Shown: positions 1 to 8,379 of the stretch, in pieces
Numbering within the stretch: the first letter of the stretch is position 1
How the letters are laid out: the number at the start of each line of letters is the position of its first letter
Assembly: GCA_041658765.1 (NCBI GenBank)
Contig: JBAZZO010000002.1
Span: 76,891 to 140,890 of the forward strand
Source: Coriobacteriia bacterium
GTDB taxonomy: Bacteria; Actinomycetota; Coriobacteriia; Anaerosomatales; JBAZZO01
DNA: 64,000 nucleotides
Direction of reading: 5' to 3'
The notes under the pieces: model-generated
The model's input: only the letters and a program-made list of their open reading frames with translations
Told to the model about the DNA's origin: nothing
Database searches by the model: none
Made by a program: the position numbers and the translations under genes

Positions 1-1
1 C

Positions 2-802
2 ACCATCGTCTACGCCTCTACCGGCATCATCAATTTCGCGCAGGGTGAGTTCTTCATGCTCGGCGGGATGCTCTCCGTGTTCGCGCTCCGGACGATGGGA
101 CTCCCGCTGTTCCCGGCGCTGCTCTTCGGAGTGGCGGGGACGGCGATGGCAGGTGTGGTCTTCGAGCGTCTCGCGTTGCGCCCTCGGCGCGATTCGGGGT
201 CGCTGACGCTCATCATCATGACCATAGGCGGCTCGATCACTCTCAAGTCGCTCGCTCGCCACGCATTCGGCCCCGACGAGCTGGCGCTCCCGCCGTTCAC
301 CGCGGGGGCCTCCCTGTCCGTGCTCGGGGCGACGGTGGAGCGGCAGACTCTGTGGGTCTGGGCGCTCACGGCCGTGGCGGTCGTGGTGCTCGCCGTCGTC
401 TACCGCAAGACCGGGCTCGGCCGGGCTATGCGTGCGTGCGCGGTCTCCCACGAGGCGTCGCGCCTGATGGGGATCGACACCGCACGGATCGTCATGATCG
501 GTTTCGGTCTTGCCGCTGCACTCGGCGCTATCGGCGGCCTTGCGGTTGCGCCGCTGACCCAGACGTCGTTCGACGTCGGGGCCAGGATCGGTCTCAAGGG
601 TTTCTCCGCGGCGATCCTCGGGGGTCTCGGGGACCCGGTAGCCGCCGTCGTCGGGGGCATACTGCTCGGATTGCTCGAGAGCATGTCGATAGCGTTCCTC
701 TCTTCGACGTACAAGGATGTCATCTCGCTGGCGGTCCTATTGGCCGTCCTCTTCGTGAGACCGCAGGGGATCCTCGGCCGTGCCAACCGGGAGAAGGTGT
801 AG
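2..802 (+). CDS. livH: Branched-chain amino acid ABC transporter permease, LivH family (5-prime partial)
   Basis: The reading frame is open to the window edge. It translates as TIVYASTGIINFAQGEFFMLGG... followed by repeated hydrophobic segments typical of LivH/BraD permeases. The Met at 56 in the ORF track is internal. Stop is TAG at 800-802. Confidence 0.85.
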   Translation, partial: TIVYASTGIINFAQGEFFMLGGMLSVFALRTMGLPLFPALLFGVAGTAMAGVVFERLALRPRRDSGSLTLIIMTIGGSITLKSLARHAFGPDELALPPFTAGASLSVLGATVERQTLWVWALTAVAVVVLAVVYRKTGLGRAMRACAVSHEASRLMGIDTARIVMIGFGLAAALGAIGGLAVAPLTQTSFDVGARIGLKGFSAAILGGLGDPVAAVVGGILLGLLESMSIAFLSSTYKDVISLAVLLAVLFVRPQGILGRANREKV

Positions 803-847
803 CCGGTGGGCCCCGGGGATCTTCGCGTACTTCGCAAGGGAGGGCCG

Positions 848-1828
848 ATGCTCGCCACGCTCGCCGTGGCGGCGGTGCCGTTCCTGACGCAGGACGGCTA
901 CCTGCTGAAGATCCTCGCGTTCGTCGGTTTGAACGTGATCGTCGTCGTGGGGCTGTCGTTGCTCTTCGGATACGCCGGGCAGATTTCGCTGGGCCACGCG
1001 GCGTTCTTCGGCATCGGCGCGTACGCTTCGGGCTACGTCACGGCGACGCTGCATCGGCCGTGGTTCGTGGGTCTCTCGTGCGCGCTCCTCATCTCCGCCG
1101 GAGGAGGACTCGTTCTGGCGCTCCCGAGCTTGCGGCTAAAGGGTCACTACCTGGCGATGGCGACGCTGGGGTTCAGCGAGATCATGAGCGTCGCCTTCGT
1201 TGAGGCGCGGGGGGTCACCGGGGGCGTGAACGGGCTGTCGGGCATACCTCCCGCTGCTGTGGGGAACTTGTCGGTATCGAGTGCGACGGGGAACTACGTG
1301 CTCGTCTGGGCGACGGCGGTCGCCGTGGTGTTCCTCGCCGCGAACGTGGTGCGTTCGCGACCCGGGCTCGCGATGCGCGCGATCCACGGCTCGGAGCTCG
1401 GGGCGCAGGCGTGTGGTGTCGACGTGGTGCGGGTGAAGACTCAAGCATTCACTCTCTCCGCGGTCCTCGCAGGTCTCGGGGGAGCCCTGTACGCGCAACT
1501 CGTCGGGTTCGTCTCGCCTTCGTCGTTCACTCTCGAACTCTCGATACTGTTGGTCGCGATGGTCGTCCTCGGAGGCACCTGCTCTCTTGTCGGACCGATC
1601 GCCGCGGCCGTCGTCCTCTCGCTCCTTCCGTATCTCGACGCGCTCGTTCCGGGTCTGCCGCGGAGCGCCGTCGCCGTTCTCCAGGACTGGGAGACCGATA
1701 TCTACGGGCTGACGATCATCCTCGTCATGCTCTTCCTCCCCGGCGGGATGGCCGGGGCCGCTCGACGGCTCATGGCCGCGGTGGGCCGGTCGCGCGTCGG
1801 CGACGCGCGAGGGGAGGAAGCAGCGTGA
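848..1828 (+). CDS. livM: Branched-chain amino acid ABC transporter permease, LivM family
   Basis: Polytopic membrane protein with LFGYAGQISLGHAAFFGIGAY, characteristic of LivM. ATG at 848 is preceded by GGGAGGG (838-844). The ORF-track start GTG at 806 is an alternative. Stop overlaps the livG start region. Confidence 0.85.
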   Translation: MLATLAVAAVPFLTQDGYLLKILAFVGLNVIVVVGLSLLFGYAGQISLGHAAFFGIGAYASGYVTATLHRPWFVGLSCALLISAGGGLVLALPSLRLKGHYLAMATLGFSEIMSVAFVEARGVTGGVNGLSGIPPAAVGNLSVSSATGNYVLVWATAVAVVFLAANVVRSRPGLAMRAIHGSELGAQACGVDVVRVKTQAFTLSAVLAGLGGALYAQLVGFVSPSSFTLELSILLVAMVVLGGTCSLVGPIAAAVVLSLLPYLDALVPGLPRSAVAVLQDWETDIYGLTIILVMLFLPGGMAGAARRLMAAVGRSRVGDARGEEAA

Positions 1829-1830
1829 GG

Positions 1831-2595
1831 ATGCTTTCCGTCAGCGGCGTGACGAAGCGATTCGGCGGATTGACCGCGGTCGACCGGGTCACGTTCGGCG
1901 TCGATGAAGGCAGCATCAAGGCGATCATCGGGCCGAACGGGGCGGGCAAGAGCACGCTCTTCAACCTGATGACCGCGTTCGAGCGGGTCGATGAGGGTAA
2001 CATCACCTTCGGTGGAAGGGACCTGACTCGCATGCGGCCGCACCGCATCGTTCGGGCCGGGGTCGCGCGTACGTTCCAGAACACCCAGCTATTCGAGGAG
2101 ATGACCGTACTCGAGAACGTGCTCGTGGGAGGTCACATCCGGGGCAGGGCGGGCATGGTGGCCGCCGCATTCAGGCTCCCCGGGACGGCGGGCGAGGAGC
2201 GCGAGGGCCGCGAGGCGGCTTCGAGGATGCTGCGTCTCGTGGGAATGGAAGGGCAGGAGGACGTCCCGGCGGCCGACCTCCCGCACGGCTTGCGGAGGCT
2301 GCTCGAGATCGCGCGGGCCCTTGCGTCGCGACCCCGGATGCTCCTTCTCGACGAGCCGGCGGCGGGGCTGAACACGGCGGAGACCGTTCGCCTTGCCGAC
2401 GTGCTCTTTCGCATCCGCGATCTCGGGACGACGATCGTCGTCGTCGAACACGACATGGGACTCGTGATGCGGGTCTCAGATGAGATCGTCGTCCTGAGCC
2501 AGGGATGCAAGATAGCCGAGGGCCCCCCGCTGCTCATCCAGAAGGACCCGGCCGTCATCGAGGCGTATCTCGGTGAAGGACGCGAAGATGTCTGA
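1831..2595 (+). CDS. livG: Branched-chain amino acid ABC transporter ATP-binding protein, LivG family
   Basis: Walker A GPNGAGKST, ABC signature region and Walker B LLLLDEPAAGL. The ORF-track entry 1411..2595 is an upstream over-extension overlapping livM. The in-frame ATG at 1831 lies just after the livM stop (1826-1828). Confidence 0.9.
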   Translation: MLSVSGVTKRFGGLTAVDRVTFGVDEGSIKAIIGPNGAGKSTLFNLMTAFERVDEGNITFGGRDLTRMRPHRIVRAGVARTFQNTQLFEEMTVLENVLVGGHIRGRAGMVAAAFRLPGTAGEEREGREAASRMLRLVGMEGQEDVPAADLPHGLRRLLEIARALASRPRMLLLDEPAAGLNTAETVRLADVLFRIRDLGTTIVVVEHDMGLVMRVSDEIVVLSQGCKIAEGPPLLIQKDPAVIEAYLGEGREDV

Positions 2596-3355
2596 GGCGA
2601 CCGAGATGCTGAGAGTGGAGGGTCTTCAAGCCGGGTACGGGCATGCGGCGGTCCTGCACGACGTGGACATCGAGGTGGCGAAGGGCGAGGTGGTCACGCT
2701 CATCGGCGCGAACGGATCGGGCAAGTCCACACTGCTCAAGGCGATCGTCGGCCTCGTGACGCCGAGGAGCGGGCGTATCGTCGTGGACGGTACCGTGACC
2801 ACCGGTCTCGCGCCCGAACGGATGGTCCGGGCCGGGGTCGCGCTCGTTCCGGAGGGCAGGATGCTGTTCGGCCCGATGAGCGTTCTCGAGAACCTTCTGC
2901 TCGGAGCGTACGTGCGGCGTGGTCCCTCGGCGAAAGAGGAGATCCAAGAGGACCTTCGGATGGTGTGCGAACTCTTCCCGGTTCTCGCCGAACGGCTCGG
3001 ACAGGACGCGGAGACGCTGTCGGGCGGGGAGCAGCAGATGCTTGCGGTGGCTAGGGCGCTCATGAGCCGGCCGCGCCTTCTCCTCCTCGACGAGCCGTCC
3101 CTCGGGCTTGCTCCGAAGGTGATCGGCGAGATACTCAAGACACTTGACGTGCTGCGTTCGCGCGGGCTCACGATCCTCCTCGTCGAGCAGGACGTGCAGG
3201 TCGCGCTGAGGCATGCGGATCGCGGATACGTGATGCGCACGGGCCGGATCGCTCTTTCGGGCACGTCGGCGAGTCTGCTCGCCGACGACGACGTACGTCT
3301 CATCTACCTCGGGGACTGGCATCACGATCGGGACGAGGGGGGATCTCGCGCATGA
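2588..3355 (+). CDS. livF: Branched-chain amino acid ABC transporter ATP-binding protein, LivF family
   Basis: Walker A GANGSGKST, signature LSGGEQQML and Walker B LLLLDEPSLGL. ATG at 2588 has GAAGGA 7 nt upstream and overlaps the livG stop by 8 nt. GTG at 2573 is an alternative start. Confidence 0.9.
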   Translation: MSEATEMLRVEGLQAGYGHAAVLHDVDIEVAKGEVVTLIGANGSGKSTLLKAIVGLVTPRSGRIVVDGTVTTGLAPERMVRAGVALVPEGRMLFGPMSVLENLLLGAYVRRGPSAKEEIQEDLRMVCELFPVLAERLGQDAETLSGGEQQMLAVARALMSRPRLLLLDEPSLGLAPKVIGEILKTLDVLRSRGLTILLVEQDVQVALRHADRGYVMRTGRIALSGTSASLLADDDVRLIYLGDWHHDRDEGGSRA

Positions 3356-4653
3356 TCTGGAACGCGGAATACGAGACCATGGACCGCGAGCGGTTGCGTG
3401 AGTTGCAGGAGCGGCGTCTGCGCTCGACAGTCGCGTGGGTCCACGAACGTGTCCCGTACTACCGGGATACCCTCGACGCCGCGGGCGTGCGGCCGAAGGA
3501 CGTCCGCAGCCTCGACGACCTGCGCCGCCTGCCGTTCACCGACAAGACGGCGCTGAGGGACACGTATCCCTTCGGGCTCTTCGCGGTCGACTTGGAGCAG
3601 GTGGTCCGGATCCATTCGTCGTCGGGCACGACGGGCAAGCCGATCGTCGTCGGATATACCCGGGGGGATATCGCTACCTGGACGGAGTGCACCGCCCGGG
3701 TGGCGTCGGCGGCGGGCATCACGGAGCGCGACCGAGTCCAGGTCGCGTTCCTCTACGGGATGTTCACAGGCGGGTGGGGCATGCACTACGGACTCGAGCG
3801 GATAGGCGCGACCGTCATCCCCGCAGGCAGCGGCAACACGGAGCGCCACCTGATGATGATGCAGGACTTCGGCACGACCGGGCTTGTGTGCACGCCTTCA
3901 TATGCCCTGTACATGGCCGAGGTGGGGGAGAGCGCAGGTGTCGACTTCGAGAAGCTCCCGCTGAGAGTCGGTCTCTTCGGCGGGGAGCCCACGAACGAGC
4001 AGACACGTCGCGAGATCGAGAGTCGGCTGCACGTGGTCGCCACCGACAACTACGGTCTCTCCGAGGTCATGGGTCCTGGGGTGTCGGGGGAGTGCGAGGC
4101 GCAGGACGGACTCCACATCAACGAGGACCACTTCCTGTGGGAGGTCGTCGACCCCGTGACAGGCGACCCGGTGGAACCGGGTACCGAAGGGGAACTCGTC
4201 ATAACCACGGTGACCAAGGAGGCGTTCCCCGTTCTGCGCTACCGCACGCACGATCTCACGACAGTCGACACGGAGCCGTGCTCGTGCGGGCGGACACTCG
4301 CGCGTATGCGCCCGGTCCGCAAGCGGACGGACGACATGCTCATCATCCGTGGGGTGAACGTCTTCCCGAGTCAGATCGAGGACGTACTCGCCCAGATCGA
4401 GGGAGTGGAGCCGCACTACCTGATCGTGGTCGCACGCGAGGCCGGCATGGACGACCCCGAACTCCGTATCGAGGTCGCTCCGGAGATATTCTCCGACGTG
4501 ATGGCAGACATGGTAGCCTTCTCCAAGCGCGTGTCGGATCGCATCCACTCGGTCGTGGGCCTGCATGCACGGGTCGTCCTCGTCGAGCCGGGCGCCATAG
4601 AGCGGACGGCAGGGAAGGCCCAGAGGGTGATCGATCAGCGCGGGCTCGCTTAG
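3352..4653 (+). CDS. Phenylacetate-CoA ligase family adenylate-forming enzyme (PaaK-like)
   Basis: N-terminus MIWNAEYETMDRERLRELQERRL...LPFTDKTALRDTYPFGLFAV and the AMP-binding motif SSSGTTGKP are typical of the PaaK / coenzyme F390 synthetase family. The ATGA start/stop overlap with livF is at 3352-3355. Confidence 0.8.
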   Translation: MIWNAEYETMDRERLRELQERRLRSTVAWVHERVPYYRDTLDAAGVRPKDVRSLDDLRRLPFTDKTALRDTYPFGLFAVDLEQVVRIHSSSGTTGKPIVVGYTRGDIATWTECTARVASAAGITERDRVQVAFLYGMFTGGWGMHYGLERIGATVIPAGSGNTERHLMMMQDFGTTGLVCTPSYALYMAEVGESAGVDFEKLPLRVGLFGGEPTNEQTRREIESRLHVVATDNYGLSEVMGPGVSGECEAQDGLHINEDHFLWEVVDPVTGDPVEPGTEGELVITTVTKEAFPVLRYRTHDLTTVDTEPCSCGRTLARMRPVRKRTDDMLIIRGVNVFPSQIEDVLAQIEGVEPHYLIVVAREAGMDDPELRIEVAPEIFSDVMADMVAFSKRVSDRIHSVVGLHARVVLVEPGAIERTAGKAQRVIDQRGLA

Positions 4654-4681
4654 GGCCCTCTTCCTCTCAGGAGGTCTCGTC

Positions 4682-5227
4682 TTGCCGACCCCCGTCGTCG
4701 CCCTTGTCTCGGTCGTGCTCGCGCTCGTCGTCGCCGCATCGGTAGCGTATGCGGCTCGCGCCCTGTGGCGCCGCCAGGTGCGGCGCTACCTCATCGGACT
4801 CGTCGGAAGCCGCGAGGACGTCCGGTCGCAGGCGCGTGCGCTCGAGAGCGTCGTCGAGATCCTCGCTGGGGCGGGGGACTCGACACTCGTCGCGTTCGCG
4901 CAGAACCCCAGGACCGAGGAGCGCCGGACTCTGGCCGACATCGCGCAGAGGATGACGATCACGGCGGAGGAGCTGCGCACGGCCGCGCTTCCGAAGCGCT
5001 TGTGGACCGCAGCGAACCTTCTGGAGGCCGCGGCGCGTGCCGTGGCGGGGGAGGCCGGGAAGGCGGGGGATGCTCCCACACCGTCCGCAGCCCTTGATGC
5101 TCTTGCCGCGGTGGATCTCACGGCTCCCGAGGGTGTCGCGCTGAGAGCGAGCGAGGAACTGCACCGCCTGTGTGTCGAATACGGTGTCGAGGATCCCGCG
5201 GTGTACGGGGGCGGACTCTACATCTGA
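4682..5227 (+). CDS. Hypothetical membrane-anchored protein (single N-terminal TM helix, Ala/Glu/Arg-rich helical remainder)
   Basis: TTG start at 4682 with AGGAGG (4668-4673) 8 nt upstream. N-terminus PTPVVALVSVVLALVVAASVAYAA is a predicted TM helix. I recognise no family motif. Confidence 0.5.
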   Translation: MPTPVVALVSVVLALVVAASVAYAARALWRRQVRRYLIGLVGSREDVRSQARALESVVEILAGAGDSTLVAFAQNPRTEERRTLADIAQRMTITAEELRTAALPKRLWTAANLLEAAARAVAGEAGKAGDAPTPSAALDALAAVDLTAPEGVALRASEELHRLCVEYGVEDPAVYGGGLYI

Positions 5228-5320
5228 ACGGGCCGGTGCCTGCAGCCCTGGCCACGAGTGTGATAGATTCCCAGGTGACGGCGGCACGCAGCGGCCGCGC
5301 ACACATGAGGAGGACCGGGC

Positions 5321-5806
5321 TTGGATCCGCCGCTCACACCATCCACGACGGTCCCACGCAGTGCGGTCCTGGCTCTTGCGAAGCGTGTCGCCGCGCTCGC
5401 GGTCCTTCTGCTGGTGTTGACGCTCACAGTGTCGGCGCTCAAAGGCTATCGCTCCGCGGCCAAAGCGGCGCGTTCTCGCGAGCGTTCTGTGGCCGCGTCA
5501 GTCACTCCGAACGCCGTCCCGAACGGGAACTCGCCGACGGCCAAGCCGCCCGCGGTCGAGCCGACGTCCTCGGCGTCGACCGAGACGAGCCCCGCAGCCG
5601 ATACCGCGGTCGTCGTGATCGGTGGTCTGAACTTCCGCAAGGCGCCCGAGCGCGGTTCGGTCATCATCCGGCCGCTCCTGCTCGACGAACGCCTCGAGAT
5701 CGTGGGACGCTCGGATGGATGGCTGAGGGTCCGTGACACGACCGGACTCGTCGGCTGGGTCACCTCGAGCGAGCGATACATCCGCGTAGAGCCCGGCGGA
5801 CGCTAG
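5321..5806 (+). CDS. Membrane-anchored bacterial SH3 (SH3b) domain protein
   Basis: TTG start at 5321 with GAGGAGG (5307-5313) 7 nt upstream. It has an N-terminal hydrophobic helix (AVLALAKRVAALAVLLLVLTLTV) and a low-complexity Pro/Ala/Ser linker. The C-terminal GGLNFRKAPERGSVIIRPL...LEIVGRSDGWLRVRDTTGLVGWVTSSERY matches the SH3_3-type fold pattern. Confidence 0.6.
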   Translation: MDPPLTPSTTVPRSAVLALAKRVAALAVLLLVLTLTVSALKGYRSAAKAARSRERSVAASVTPNAVPNGNSPTAKPPAVEPTSSASTETSPAADTAVVVIGGLNFRKAPERGSVIIRPLLLDERLEIVGRSDGWLRVRDTTGLVGWVTSSERYIRVEPGGR

Positions 5807-5808
5807 GG

Positions 5809-6138
5809 ATGGGCGTGGAGGATCGGCCGGTGATAGGCGATGCGGCGGAGTTCTATCGAGTGCGGGTAGTGCGCCTCGACGAGCAGGACGAACCCGATCT
5901 CGAATGGCGGGACGACATCCTGTACCGCACGCCGCCGCACCAGGAGCCGCACGAGGTCGAGACATACCGGGTGGAAGCCGTCCGGCTCGACGACGACACC
6001 GCGGTGACGGACTTAGCACGATTCCCGGATGCCGAGAGCGCCCGGGCATTCGTCGAGCGTCTTGAGATGGATCTTTCCGAGATGACCAAGTCCGGATTCG
6101 AAGCGCGTCACTTCCCGGCCCCGGAAAGCGGTCTCTAG
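5809..6138 (+). CDS. Hypothetical small acidic protein with an internal YRV-x-VVRLD duplication
   Basis: ATG at 5809 lies 2 nt after the stop of the SH3b gene (TAG 5804-5806). The product is 109 aa, acidic and has no recognisable family. Coding status rests on the tight coupling and on being the only long ORF in a sensible context. Confidence 0.45.
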   Translation: MGVEDRPVIGDAAEFYRVRVVRLDEQDEPDLEWRDDILYRTPPHQEPHEVETYRVEAVRLDDDTAVTDLARFPDAESARAFVERLEMDLSEMTKSGFEARHFPAPESGL

Positions 6139-6251
6139 GCCCGGAGGGTCGGTCTCTCCCAACGTGGTACCCATCGGACACACGGGGACGGGTACTGCGA
6201 TTGGTACCTGACATAAGATACATTATCGGGCGTAAGGGTGTGAGTGTGAGG

Positions 6252-6287
6252 GCGGTCTCAGGCAGGGAAAGCCCGGCCCCAGACCGC
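6252..6287. terminator. GC-rich hairpin between convergent genes (candidate bidirectional terminator lacking a U-tract)
   Basis: GCGGTCT (6252-6258) pairs perfectly with AGACCGC (6281-6287), enclosing a further GGG/CCC helix. It sits in the gap between the + strand gene ending at 6138 and the - strand genes ending at 6377/6433. No T-run follows on either strand. Confidence 0.25.
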
Positions 6288-6432
6288 GGTTATCCGCAGC
6301 CCGGGGCCGCCGTTCATCGCGAAGTCGGGTACCTCAGCCTCTGCGGCCCGACGTTGCGCCGTTCGTGGTGCGCTCGTCAGCCGACGAGCTTCGTGATCGC
6401 GCCCTGCAGGAATGCGACGAGGAAGGCCGCGC

Positions 6433-6906
6433 TCACGGTCCGCCTTCTCGGAGAGCCTCGGGTCCGTCGCGCCCCGTTGTCCAGACGGAACCGAGGTAGC
6501 GCGCCGGTCCGGAGAAGCCTGCCTCGAATGCTTCGAGCAGCGCCGCGCCTATCGGCGGGCGCAGGTCGAAGCATTCGAGCGAGTAGGGATCGACGAGATC
6601 GACGGCCTCGACGACGGGATCGGCCGGCGAGGAGGTGATGTCTCCCCCGGTCATGCTGCAGGCGAAGGTGAGGTTGACGATGTGGCGCGAGCGGTCGGGA
6701 AAGATGGTGTCGTTCACGATAAGCGGTGCGCCGACCGTGCACTCGAGACCCGTCTCTTCGCGCACCTCGCGCTCGAGAGTCTCGGCGAGTGTCTCGCCGA
6801 GCTCGACGCCACCGCCGGGAAGGAGATGGTACGCCGCTCCATCGCGACCCCTGTGGCGCACGAGAACGAAGCGTCCGCCGATGAGGATGGCCGCTGCGAC
6901 GCGCAC
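6433..6906 (-). CDS. NUDIX hydrolase
   Basis: Nudix box GGGVELGETLAETLEREVREETG. The ORF-track start at 6993 would overlap dut. GTG at 6906 lies just downstream of the dut stop (6917) and is the likelier start. Confidence 0.8.
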   Translation of the reverse strand: MRVAAAILIGGRFVLVRHRGRDGAAYHLLPGGGVELGETLAETLEREVREETGLECTVGAPLIVNDTIFPDRSRHIVNLTFACSMTGGDITSSPADPVVEAVDLVDPYSLECFDLRPPIGAALLEAFEAGFSGPARYLGSVWTTGRDGPEALREGGP

Positions 6907-6916
6907 CCGTGGGGCG

Positions 6917-7348
6917 TCAGATGCCCGTGCTGCCAAAACCCCGCTCCCCCCGTGCGGTGGCGTCGAGCTCGAGCACCTCGGCGACATCGACACGCGCGAC
7001 CGGCTGGATGACGAGCTGCGCGACCTTGTCTCCTCGCTGGATGACTATCGGTGTGTGGGGGTCGAGGTTGACCGCTATGGCTTTGATCTCGCCGCGGTAG
7101 TGGCTGTCGATGAGTCCGGGGGTGTTGACGAGGCTCAGGCCATGCTTGACCGCGAGCCCGCTGCGGGGCTGCACGAAGCCGGCATATCCCTCGGGGATCG
7201 CCAGTGCGATGCCTGTCGGCACGAGAACCCGTTCGAAGGGGGCGATCGTCACGTCTTCGGCGGAATGGAGGTCGAGGCCGGCGTCTCCGTCGTGGGCGTA
7301 CGAAGGCAGAGGCAGTCCCGGGTCGAGCCGAAGTACCTCGAGTCGCAA
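6917..7348 (-). CDS. dut: dUTP diphosphatase (dUTPase)
   Basis: Motifs [25 protein letters not shown] and C-terminal [13 protein letters not shown] start at 7348 has GAGGAG 6 nt upstream and lies 1 nt after the nrdG stop. Confidence 0.92.
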   Translation of the reverse strand: MRLEVLRLDPGLPLPSYAHDGDAGLDLHSAEDVTIAPFERVLVPTGIALAIPEGYAGFVQPRSGLAVKHGLSLVNTPGLIDSHYRGEIKAIAVNLDPHTPIVIQRGDKVAQLVIQPVARVDVAEVLELDATARGERGFGSTGI

Positions 7349-7349
7349 G

Positions 7350-8087
7350 TCAGGCTCCTCTCAGCACGGTGGGGACGTGGACCGCGCATGCGCGTACGGC
7401 TTCGCGCAGGTCGTACGGGTGATATGGGCGAACGCGCGCCGCGGCCGGCTCGAGAGTGACGTCCGGACGGAACTGCTGGACGGCGTAGCGCCTTGCGCCG
7501 CGCAGACTCGCAGCGATGTCCGCGAGATCGTCCAGCGCGACCGCAGGCGGGAACGCCGTGGTGCGGAACTCGTGCGCGACACCGCTCGCGAGGATCGTCT
7601 CGACGCTGTCGGTCACGTCTGCGGCGGCGGTAGGCGACCCGGTCAGCGCGGAGTAGCGGCACGGGATGGTCTTCACATCGAGGGCGACGTATGCGACGAG
7701 ACCCTCGGCGAACACGTGTCGCAGCACGTCGGGCCTTGAGCCGTTCGTGTCGAGCTTGACCTTGACGCCTAGATCGGCGAGAGCCGCGAGCAAGGCGATG
7801 AGATCGGGATCGTCACAGGGCTCGCCCCCCGTCACGACGACTCCGTCGAGCCACCGGCGCTTCTCTTGGACGTGCGCGGCGAAGGACCGCCAGGCGCCGT
7901 TGGATGCGTGCGATGACAGGAGCGCGGGATTGTGGCAGTACGGGCAGCGATACGGGCATCCCGCGAGGAAGATGGTCGATGTGAGATGACCTTCCCAGTC
8001 GAGCATCCCCGAGGGTTGCCACCCCGCAAGACGCGCGGTCGGCGCGGCCGCTATCCCGGTGCCGTCCCTTTCCGCGATCGGTCCCAC
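7350..8087 (-). CDS. nrdG: Anaerobic ribonucleoside-triphosphate reductase activating protein (radical SAM)
   Basis: Radical-SAM cluster motif [15 protein letters not shown]. It lies in the nrdD operon. GTG start at 8087 is preceded by GGGGAGGAGG. Confidence 0.9.
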   Translation of the reverse strand: MGPIAERDGTGIAAAPTARLAGWQPSGMLDWEGHLTSTIFLAGCPYRCPYCHNPALLSSHASNGAWRSFAAHVQEKRRWLDGVVVTGGEPCDDPDLIALLAALADLGVKVKLDTNGSRPDVLRHVFAEGLVAYVALDVKTIPCRYSALTGSPTAAADVTDSVETILASGVAHEFRTTAFPPAVALDDLADIAASLRGARRYAVQQFRPDVTLEPAAARVRPYHPYDLREAVRACAVHVPTVLRGA

Positions 8088-8104
8088 GGTCCTCCTCCCC
8101 TACC

Positions 8105-8350
8105 TCAGTGCGCGACGAGTTCTTTGAGGCGTCCGCGGTCAGGCACCTCTCCGCGCCACGAAGCGACCTCGCGTCCCTGCATGTCGACGACGAGCACGGA
8201 GGGCGTGGCGAGCACTCCGTAGAACGAAGCTTCGGCTAGACCGTCCATCTCCCCGACGTCGAACACCTCGACCCCGTCGATGCCCGCGCACGCCATCTTG
8301 GCCGCGGGGCAGCGTGGGCAGTCCTCTTTGACGAACAGCTTGACGTTCAC
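8105..8350 (-). CDS. Small thioredoxin/glutaredoxin-like redox protein (CPRC active site)
   Basis: An 81-aa product, VNVKLFVKEDCPRCPAAK...ATPSVLVVD, with a thioredoxin-fold pattern. GTG at 8350 is preceded by AAGGAAAAGGGGAG. The ORF-track start at 8557 would overlap nrdD. The position between nrdD and nrdG suggests an RNR-associated reductant. Confidence 0.7.
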   Translation of the reverse strand: MNVKLFVKEDCPRCPAAKMACAGIDGVEVFDVGEMDGLAEASFYGVLATPSVLVVDMQGREVASWRGEVPDRGRLKELVAH

Positions 8351-8379
8351 GTCGCTCCCCTTTTCCTTCGCAGGCCTCG

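Noticed and set aside
6139-6432. Possible RNase P RNA or SRP RNA, because of the AGGGAAAGCCCGG segment at about 6264-6276.
   Set aside because: The resemblance to the RNase P P4 sequence (GAGGAAAGUCCGGGC) is partial. The gap is too short for RNase P RNA. The SRP helix-8 GGAAGCAGCC-type motif is absent. The region is kept only as an unclassified structured region.
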